Source: an uncultured Streptomyces sp.
Lineage (GTDB): Bacteria; Pseudomonadota; Gammaproteobacteria; Burkholderiales; SG8-41
Assembly: GCA_964510405.1 (NCBI GenBank)
Contig: CAZEAX010000001.1
Location: forward strand, 1-48,135
Reading direction: 5' to 3'
DNA: 48,135 bases
Shown: positions 26,081 through 32,682 of the stretch, piece by piece
Layout: each line of letters opens with the position of its first letter
Position numbering within the stretch: the first letter of the stretch is position 1
Notes under the pieces: model-generated
Seen by the model: the letters and a program-made list of their open reading frames with translations, nothing else
What the model was told of the DNA's origin: nothing
Database searches by the model: none
Made by a program: the position numbers and the translations under genes

Positions 26081-27301
26081 TCAGGCCCGCGCCTGCTCTG
26101 CATCCGGCGGTTCGTCCGGCAGCAGCAGCACGATGGCGGACCGGATCGCGGCGATACCGGCCATTATCCACAGCGCGGCGGTGAATCCGATGCTTTTCAC
26201 CAGCGGCCCTAGCAGCCACACGGCGAACGAGCTGATGCCGAACGCGACCGTAAGCCGCATGCCCGCTACGCGCGAGCGTAACCGGTCGTCAACGTAGCGC
26301 ACGATCATCGCGTCGGTAAACGGTATCGAGCCGAACACGAACACCATGACGGCGAGCAGCGCGACAAAGAGCCACCAGTCATGCGCGTGCGCCGCGAGGA
26401 TCAAGAGCGGGATCTGCGCGATCGACATCCAGAGCTGCAGCGGCTTGAACGGCATGCTGTCGATCAACCGGCCGACCACGATTTGCGCGAGCGAGGCGAT
26501 TGCGTAGACGAGCGCCAGCATCGCGCCCAGCAACGCGGGGTCCTCGACGACGCCGCGAAACCGTGCCGTCAATAATTGCGCGTTGCCGTTGGTCGTGAAG
26601 TTGAAGATCAGGCTGCTCGCGACCGCCGCGACGGTCATGACCGCAAATGCACGCGCGAGCATCGCCGGAGTCAGCACCACTTTCGCCTTCCCGCCTTTGC
26701 GCCTGGACGGCGCTTCGTCTTCTTTCGGGCACAGCAGCGCGAAGGCAATGCCGCACCCGATCGCGAGCAGGCCGGGTATCGCAAACGCGGCGCGCCAGCC
26801 GATCCACTTGACGAGAAAACCGGTCACCAGCGCGGCAACGGCGATGCCGAGATTGCCGGCGAGCCCGTTGATGCCGATCACCGCGCCCGGGTTCGGCGCG
26901 TGCTGCACGAGCATCGGAATGCCGACCGGATGATAGATCGCGGCGAACGCGCCCATCAGCGTCAACGCCGCTGCGAGCTGCCAGGCATTTTGCGTAGCCG
27001 CTACCACCAGTGCTGCAACGCCGATGCCGACGAAGAAAACGATCATCATGATGCGGCGGCCCCACAAGTCGCCGAGGCGGCCGGCGGGCAGCGCGCCGAG
27101 TCCGAACAGCGCGAACGCGCCGACGCTGTACGGCATCAGGTCGGTCCAGTTCGAATAGCCGAATTCCACGGCAATCGTCGCGACGGCCGTCGCGAATATC
27201 AGCAGGAACATATGGTCGATGCCGTGGGCGATGTTGAGCAGCAGGCTGACGGCGCGCGGAAACGCGGCGGGGTGGGGCAGTGCGGGGGTGGGAGTATTCA
27301 C
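26081..27301 (-). CDS. MFS transporter
   Basis: 406 aa with about 12 hydrophobic segments and the MFS loop motif GRLGDLWGRR. Confidence 0.9.
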   Translation of the reverse strand: MNTPTPALPHPAAFPRAVSLLLNIAHGIDHMFLLIFATAVATIAVEFGYSNWTDLMPYSVGAFALFGLGALPAGRLGDLWGRRIMMIVFFVGIGVAALVVAATQNAWQLAAALTLMGAFAAIYHPVGIPMLVQHAPNPGAVIGINGLAGNLGIAVAALVTGFLVKWIGWRAAFAIPGLLAIGCGIAFALLCPKEDEAPSRRKGGKAKVVLTPAMLARAFAVMTVAAVASSLIFNFTTNGNAQLLTARFRGVVEDPALLGAMLALVYAIASLAQIVVGRLIDSMPFKPLQLWMSIAQIPLLILAAHAHDWWLFVALLAVMVFVFGSIPFTDAMIVRYVDDRLRSRVAGMRLTVAFGISSFAVWLLGPLVKSIGFTAALWIMAGIAAIRSAIVLLLPDEPPDAEQARA

Positions 27302-27366
27302 AGCGCGACAGTTTGCTTGATTTAGAATAGGCTGTCTTGCGCAGTTTTTCGTGTGAGTATCGAGAA

Positions 27367-28185
27367 ATGGACAAACCTTCCGCGCACTGCCCGGGCACCG
27401 CCCGGATGGCCGCGCCCGAAAGCCCGGTGCAGGGCGACCTTGCGCGCGCGGTCGTCACGCGGCGCACCACGTACGCCAACGGCCATTGCATCAAGCCGCA
27501 CTGGCACGCGCGCGCCCAGTTCATATTTGCGGTCGCCGGCACGATGCGCGTGCGCACGGCGCGGCGCGTGTGGATAGTCCCGCCGACGCGTGCACTGTGG
27601 GTGCCCGCGCGCACCGTGCACGAAGTGCAGATGTACGGCGTCGTGCAAATGCGCAGTCTCTATGTCGACGACGTCTGCGGCGCCGGCATGCCGTCCTCGT
27701 GCGCCGTGCTGAACGTGACGCCTCTGCTCAAGGAACTCATCGTGCGCGCCGTCGCGCTGCCGGCGGGCTACGACGAGCACGGCGACGACGGGCTGCTGAT
27801 GCAATTGCTGATGGCCGAAGTGCGGCGCCTGCCGCACTGCGCACTCGATCTGCCGCTGCCGGAGAGCGCCGATCTCACGCGATTGTGCGAGCGGTTGCTC
27901 GACGACCTGTCCGCGCGGCGGCCGTGCGATCTCGACGCGCTCGATTTGAAGACCAGCACGCGCACGCTCTACCGGCGCTTCCTGCGGGAAACCGGCATCA
28001 CATTTGCGCGCTGGAAGCACCAGGCGCGCCTGCTTGAATCGATCCGCCGTCTCGCCGAGGGCGTGCCGGTCACGACGGTTGCGCTCGATCTCGGCTATGC
28101 CAGCCCGAGCGCGTTTTCGTCGATGTTCCGGCGCGCGGTCGGGACGCCGCCGCGCATATTTACTACGGCGGGCAGCAGCGGTTAG
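27367..28185 (+). CDS. AraC-family transcriptional regulator (cupin sensor plus HTH)
   Basis: The N-terminal cupin-like region is HWHARAQFIFAVAGTMRV. The C-terminal AraC HTH is TLYRRFLRETGITFARWKHQARL...LDLGYASPSAFSSMFRRAVGTPP. The gene is divergent from the MFS gene. An alternative TTG start lies at 27337. Confidence 0.87.
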   Translation: MDKPSAHCPGTARMAAPESPVQGDLARAVVTRRTTYANGHCIKPHWHARAQFIFAVAGTMRVRTARRVWIVPPTRALWVPARTVHEVQMYGVVQMRSLYVDDVCGAGMPSSCAVLNVTPLLKELIVRAVALPAGYDEHGDDGLLMQLLMAEVRRLPHCALDLPLPESADLTRLCERLLDDLSARRPCDLDALDLKTSTRTLYRRFLRETGITFARWKHQARLLESIRRLAEGVPVTTVALDLGYASPSAFSSMFRRAVGTPPRIFTTAGSSG

Positions 28186-28282
28186 TCGATCGCCCGCCGC
28201 GCACGCTGCAGATATGTGCTTTTTTGCTTCTGCCTGGAATAAACCCGCGGTGGGGCCCGTTTGCCCGGAATGGTTCAAACGC

Positions 28283-28311
28283 TTGTGAGCAAGCGGGCAG
28301 TCTGCTATGTT
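28283..28311 (+). promoter_or_regulatory. candidate sigma70-type promoter of the selenoprotein operon, overlapping a palindrome
   Basis: TTGTGA (28283..28288), a 17-nt spacer, then TATGTT (28306..28311), about 30 nt upstream of ATG 28341. The palindrome CGCTTG-tgag-CAAGCG (28280..28295) overlaps the -35 element. This is pattern match only. Confidence 0.25.
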
Positions 28312-28340
28312 GCCCGCAATCAACGATTCCCGGAGCAGGC

Positions 28341-28886
28341 ATGACTAAATTTGGATTTCGCACGCTGGCAGTCGTGGCGCTCGCAGCGCTGGCATTTTCC
28401 ACCGCGGCCGCCGAGCTTCCGCCCTTGCCCGCGGGACTTACCGCGGTGACCAAGCCCGTTCACCTGCCCGCATTCACGCTCGCGACGCCCGCCGGCGGCA
28501 AAGTGCACGCGGATGAATTCAAGGGCAAGGTGCTGATCGCCCGCTTCTGGGCCACCTGGTGAGACATCTGCGTAGGTGAAATGCCCTCCGTGCAGAGGGC
28601 ACATGATGAATACAAGAAGAGCGGCGTGCCGGTGATCGCGATTTCGATCGACGGCGACGGCGAAAAATCGGTCAAGCCTTTCCTGGCCGAGCACAAGTAC
28701 ACTTTGCCAACGCCGCTCGATCCCGACATGGCGGTGGCGCGCGCCGTCGGCGTGCGGGTAACGCCGTGGACCGTGATCGTCGACCGCAGCGGCGCGGTGG
28801 TGGCCGGTGGTTACGGCAAGATCGACATGCAGAGCGCGGAATTCCGCAATTACGTGAAGGCGCTTGCCGCAAGGCCGCCGGGATAA
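28341..28886 (+). CDS. exported TlpA/ResA-like thioredoxin-fold thiol:disulfide oxidoreductase with in-frame TGA (predicted selenocysteine) at 28560..28562, active site W-U-D-I-C
   Basis: ORFs 28224..28562 and 28581..28886 are in the same frame and separated only by one TGA. Read-through gives FKGKVLIARFWATW[TGA]DICVGEMPSVQ...VIAISIDG...TPWTVIVDRSG, matching the TlpA/ResA pattern FWATWCxxCxxEMP. GGAG lies 5 nt before ATG 28341, followed by signal peptide MTKFGFRTLAVVALAALAFSTAAA. Confidence 0.8.
28565..28608 (+). promoter_or_regulatory. candidate bacterial SECIS stem-loop downstream of TGA 28560
   Basis: The upper stem pairs TGCCCTC (28582..28588) with GAGGGCA (28595..28601), with loop CGTGCA containing G and U. 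The lower stem pairs CATC (28565..28568) with GATG (28605..28608). The apical loop lies about 27-32 nt after the UGA. Confidence 0.5.
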
Positions 28887-28933
28887 CGACACCGTCGATT
28901 TTTTTTCGCAGCACCACAACAAGGGAGGCTCGC

Positions 28934-29500
28934 ATGAAGTCGAAACGATGGAGAAATCTGTGGCTGGGAATGTTGTTCGCCGGATCGGCCCTCGCGGGCG
29001 GTGCCGCGCATGCAATAGATGTCGGCGCGAAAGCGCCGGACTTCGCGCTGATGTCCTCGACCGGCAAGGAAATCAAGCTCGCCGATTTCGCCGGCAAGAA
29101 GGCGGCGGTGCTCTTTTTCTACATAGGCGCGTTCACCAACACTTGAACGCAGGAAGCGCTGGCCTTCCAACTTGATCTTCCCAAGTTCGAGGCCGCGAAT
29201 GCCCAGGTCCTGGGCATCAGTGTCGACTTCAACGACGCTAACAAGGCATGGGGCGAGAAACTCGGCCTCAAGTATCCGCTGCTGTCCGATCTGCGCCGCG
29301 AGATGTCACGCGCTTACGGCGTGCTGAACGACGACGCGACCGCGGCAGGCGACACCAAGCGTATCGCGACGTATCTGCGCTCCAAACGCGCGTGGTTCAT
29401 CGTCGACAAGAACGGCGTCGTGGTCTACGCGCGGGTCACGGATCCGCGCGGGCTCGTGCCCAACGACGAGATGCTGGAAGTGCTCGAGAAATTGAAATAG
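28934..29500 (+). CDS. exported BCP/peroxiredoxin-like protein with in-frame TGA (predicted selenocysteine) at 29144..29146 in the peroxidatic position
   Basis: ORFs 28766..29146 and 29303..29500 are in the same frame (difference 537 nt), with no other stop between them. Read-through gives KAAVLFFYIGAFTNT[TGA]TQEALAFQ...VLGISVDFNDANKAWGEKLGLKYPLLSD...AWFIVDKNGVV, the AhpC/TSA-BCP pattern FFYPxxFTxxCTxE. AAGGGAGG lies 5 nt before ATG 28934, followed by signal peptide MKSKRWRNLWLGMLFAGSALAGGAAHA. Confidence 0.8.
29152..29187 (+). promoter_or_regulatory. candidate SECIS region downstream of TGA 29144 (two alternative small hairpins)
   Basis: Hairpin A pairs GGAAG (29152..29156) with CTTCC (29164..29168), with loop CGCTGGC. 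Hairpin B pairs AACTTG (29169..29174) with CAAGTT (29182..29187), with loop ATCTTCC. Which of them, if either, is functional cannot be decided by eye. Confidence 0.35.
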
Positions 29501-29506
29501 CCTGAA

Positions 29507-29533
29507 GCGCCCGCGCGCCGCAGGCGCGGGCGC
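29507..29533 (+). terminator. GC-rich hairpin after the peroxiredoxin-like gene (possible terminator, no U-tract)
   Basis: GCGCCCGCGC-gccgcag-GCGCGGGCGC forms a 10-bp perfect stem 7 nt after stop 29500. It lacks a T-run. Confidence 0.35.
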
Positions 29534-29612
29534 ATCGCGCGTTCGCAATCTTGCCGGCATCGAGCCGCGGTAGCAGGCTCGATGCCGTTTCAGTTTGGAC
29601 GACGCTTACGCC

Positions 29613-30584
29613 ATGAGTTATCGCAATGCTTCCCGCTGGCTGCTCGCGGCGCTGCTCGTATCGGTTCAATCGGCGCATCCGGCGGAAAATTTCCCCGCGA
29701 AGACCGTGCGGTTGATTGTGCCTTTTGCGGCGGGCGGCGGCGGCGACGGCGCGGCGCGTCCGCTTGCCCAGGCGTTGTCCGCGCGGCTCGCGCAGCAGGT
29801 GGTCATCGATAACCGCGGCGGCGCAGGCGGAATCATCGGCATCGAGACCGCGGCGAACGCGGCGCCCGACGGCTATACGCTGTTGCTCTCCACCGCGGGT
29901 TTTGCCGCGCTGCCCGCGCTGCATCGTACGCTGCCTTTCGACCCTGTGCGCGATTTCACCGGTGTCATCGTCGCGCAATCCGGCATTTACATACTCGTCG
30001 TAAATCCGGCGGGCAATATCACGTCGGTGAACGGCTTGATTTCGTACGCGAAGGCGAATCCGCGCAAGCTTGATTTTGCATCGGCGGGCATCGGTTCGAC
30101 GATCCATCTCGCAGGCGAGCTCTTCAAAAGCATGGCGCAGATCGACATGGTCCACGTGCCGTACAAGGGCGCCGGACCCGCGATTACCGACGTAATCGGC
30201 GGACAGGTGCAGACGATGTTCGCATCCGCTCTGAACGCACTGCCGCTGGTCAAATCGGGAAAGTTGCGCGCGCTGGCGGTGACTTCGGCGCAGCGTTCCG
30301 CACTCGTTCCGGAGTTGCCGACTGTGGCGGAAAGCGGCATGCCGGGCTTTGAAGCGACGGGTTGGTACGGGCTTGCCGCACCGGCGCGCACGCCGAAGCC
30401 GATCGTGCGCAAACTCAATGCGGATGCGAACAGCGCGCTGCGTTCGCCTGAGCTTGTTGATTTGCTAAAAGCGCAGGGGCTTGAACCCGTCGGCGGAACG
30501 CCGGAAGCCGCGACTGAACTCATCCGCAAGGACGTGGAGCGCTGGACGCGATTGATCCGCGATGCCGGCATCAAACAGCAATAG
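29613..30584 (+). CDS. TctC/Bug-family substrate-binding protein
   Basis: ATG 29613 (alternative TTG at 29595). Signal peptide, then AENFPAKTVRLIVPFAAGGGGD, DNRGGAGGIIG, PDGYTLLL and HVPYKGAGPAI. Confidence 0.9.
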   Translation: MSYRNASRWLLAALLVSVQSAHPAENFPAKTVRLIVPFAAGGGGDGAARPLAQALSARLAQQVVIDNRGGAGGIIGIETAANAAPDGYTLLLSTAGFAALPALHRTLPFDPVRDFTGVIVAQSGIYILVVNPAGNITSVNGLISYAKANPRKLDFASAGIGSTIHLAGELFKSMAQIDMVHVPYKGAGPAITDVIGGQVQTMFASALNALPLVKSGKLRALAVTSAQRSALVPELPTVAESGMPGFEATGWYGLAAPARTPKPIVRKLNADANSALRSPELVDLLKAQGLEPVGGTPEAATELIRKDVERWTRLIRDAGIKQQ

Positions 30585-30591
30585 GAAACCC

Positions 30592-31947
30592 ATGGACCAG
30601 TCACTCGACACCAAAGCCGAAACTTTGACCAAGGAGTTATGCGGCCATCTCGCCGCTGCGACGTTCGCCGATTTGTCGGCGACCGCCGCCAGTGAAGCGC
30701 GCCGCGGCGTGCTCGACTGGATCGGCTGCGCCCTCGCCGCCAGCGCGCATCCGACGATCGCCAAACTCATCGCGGTGCTGCAGGAGGCGGGCGGCAAACC
30801 GCAGGCCGCGGTTTTGGCGCGCAATCTGAAACTCGGATTGCTGGAGGCGCCGCTGGTGAACGGGCAGATGGGACACTTGCTCGACTATGACGATACGCAT
30901 ATGGGCGGCGTGCTGTTGCACACGAGTTCGCCGGTGCTCGCCGCGTTGTTTGCGCTTGCCGAACGCGCGCCGGTCGGCGGCCGCGAATTCATGCTCGCAT
31001 ATGCGGTCGGTTTCGAGGCGGGCGTACGCAGCGGGCGCGCCGCGCCGCGCCATCACGACGGCGGCTGGCATTTGACGGGGACGCTGGGCAGCATCGCGGC
31101 CGGCGTCGCGGCGGGAAAATTGCTGGGGCTCGACAAACAGCGTCTCACGTACGCAATGGGCATCGCCGCGACGCAGGCCGGCGGCATGCAGCAGAACCGC
31201 GGCACGATGTGCAAGTCGTTCCACGCGGGCAAAGCCGCCGCCAACGGCGTGCTCGCCGCGCTGCTTGCGGAAAAAGGTTTCGACAGCACGCAGGAAATCA
31301 TCGAGGGCAAAAAAGGCTTTTGCCGTATTTACAGCACCGAGGCCGCGCCAGAGCGGCTCGTCGCCGATCTGGGCCGGACCTGGCTCATCGAAACCAACGG
31401 GCATAAACCGTACGCCTGCGGGGTGGTCCTGCATCCATTGATCGATGCGGTGATCGCTTTGCGCGACAAGACGGCTCTCGACCCGGCGCGCATCGATGAA
31501 ATCACGCTGCGCGTGCACCCGCTCGTTTTGTCGATCACCGGCGTCGTCGAGCCGTCGACCGGATTGCAATCGAAGTTCAGCGTGTATCATTCGGCTGCCG
31601 TTGCCTATGCCGACGGCAACGCCGGCGTCCCGCAATACACGGACGCCAAAGCGAACGATCCCGTGATCGTTGCGCTTCGGCGCAAGGTGAAAGCGGTTGC
31701 CGATCCGACGTTGCGCAATGATGAGGCCCGCGCGAGCCTGGGCGCCGGCGCTATCCGCGCCGAAGCCCACGTGCCGCATGCGAGCGGATCTGCGCAAAAT
31801 CCTATGAGTGACGCTGCGATTGAAGCGAAGTTCATGGCGAATGCAATACCGGTCATCGGCACGGCGCGCGCCCAACGCACGCGCGCCATGGTGTGGGAAC
31901 TGGATGAGCTTGACGACATGCGCGAGCTGATTGCGCTCGTCGCCTGA
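30592..31947 (+). CDS. MmgE/PrpD-family protein (2-methylcitrate dehydratase-like)
   Basis: ATG 30592 with AGGAAA upstream. The family segment LLDYDDTHMGG and the WHLTGTLGSIAAG context are present. Length about 451 aa. Confidence 0.88.
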   Translation: MDQSLDTKAETLTKELCGHLAAATFADLSATAASEARRGVLDWIGCALAASAHPTIAKLIAVLQEAGGKPQAAVLARNLKLGLLEAPLVNGQMGHLLDYDDTHMGGVLLHTSSPVLAALFALAERAPVGGREFMLAYAVGFEAGVRSGRAAPRHHDGGWHLTGTLGSIAAGVAAGKLLGLDKQRLTYAMGIAATQAGGMQQNRGTMCKSFHAGKAAANGVLAALLAEKGFDSTQEIIEGKKGFCRIYSTEAAPERLVADLGRTWLIETNGHKPYACGVVLHPLIDAVIALRDKTALDPARIDEITLRVHPLVLSITGVVEPSTGLQSKFSVYHSAAVAYADGNAGVPQYTDAKANDPVIVALRRKVKAVADPTLRNDEARASLGAGAIRAEAHVPHASGSAQNPMSDAAIEAKFMANAIPVIGTARAQRTRAMVWELDELDDMRELIALVA

Positions 31948-31956
31948 CCGGTAAAT

Positions 31957-32172
31957 CTACAGGCGGCCCGCCGGTTTGCCGCCGGCTTCCTCGTCGCACA
32001 TTTTGCAGTCGAGTTCGTGGCCCAGCGCGCGCGCGCGTCCTTCGGGTGTCACGACCCACGGCCGGTTGATCCACGGCGGTTGATGCCGCACGTGCTGCGC
32101 GTGGCCGCATTCGAGATCGGCGACCCAGTGATTCTCTTCGTCCCGACGAAAACCGGCGATGCGCTTTTTCAT
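31957..32172 (-). CDS. DUF3565-like small protein
   Basis: 71 aa. HWVADLECGHAQHVRHQPPWINRPWV matches my recollection of the DUF3565 signature. A C-terminal CKMC is present. Confidence 0.65.
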   Translation of the reverse strand: MKKRIAGFRRDEENHWVADLECGHAQHVRHQPPWINRPWVVTPEGRARALGHELDCKMCDEEAGGKPAGRL

Positions 32173-32179
32173 GCGGGAT

Positions 32180-32614
32180 TCATCGTTCGCGCGATTTCGC
32201 TTCGAGCTCGGCGACGCGCTGCTTCAACGCGCGCTCTTCTTGCCAGCGCGCCGTTTCGTCGCGAATCGTCGCCGCGATGATCCACGACGACTCGTCCGGC
32301 GCGCGCATGAGCGCAACGGTAAACGCGACCGACAGCGCCCGGCCGTCTTTGTGCACCGCCGGCACGCGCAGCACGTCGTTGCCATAGCGCGTCTTGCCGG
32401 TTTTCATCGTCTGATTGAAGCCATGCGCGTGACGCTCGCGCAGACGCCCGGGAATGATGACATCGAGCGATTCGCCGAGGACTTCCTCTGCCCTGTAGCC
32501 GAAGATGCGCGCGGCGGCGGGGTTCCAGTAAACGATCACCCCGTCGGCGTCGGCCGCAATGACGGCATCGCCGGTTGTGTGCAGAAATTGCGCGGGATCG
32601 AAAAGTGTACCCAT
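32180..32614 (-). CDS. stand-alone PAS domain protein
   Basis: Internal ATG 32614. The PAS core is GDAVIAADADGVIVYWNPAAARIFGYRAEEVLGESLDVIIP...KDGRALSVAFTV. There is no output domain. The gene ends 7 nt before the DUF3565 gene start. Confidence 0.8.
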   Translation of the reverse strand: MGTLFDPAQFLHTTGDAVIAADADGVIVYWNPAAARIFGYRAEEVLGESLDVIIPGRLRERHAHGFNQTMKTGKTRYGNDVLRVPAVHKDGRALSVAFTVALMRAPDESSWIIAATIRDETARWQEERALKQRVAELEAKSRER

Positions 32615-32682
32615 GAAGAAAGGCCTGCTCCTGCGTATTGGACTACGATTGGAACAAAAAGTGCCGGGCAATTTTTCGCCGA

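Noticed and set aside
28560-29146. An alternative reading of the two TGA codons as ordinary nonsense mutations (two pseudogenes) or sequencing errors.
   Set aside because: Both stops fall exactly on the catalytic Cys codons of two neighbouring redox proteins. Both downstream parts remain in frame, stop-free and motif-conserved, and both TGAs are followed by hairpins. This cannot be fully excluded without the sel gene inventory and read data, so confidence is kept at 0.8.
29199-29217. The perfect 8-bp hairpin ATGCCCAG-gtc-CTGGGCAT as the SECIS of the Prx-like gene.
   Set aside because: It lies about 53 nt downstream of the UGA, beyond the spacing usually described for bacterial SECIS elements. 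It is kept only as an alternative in the finding.
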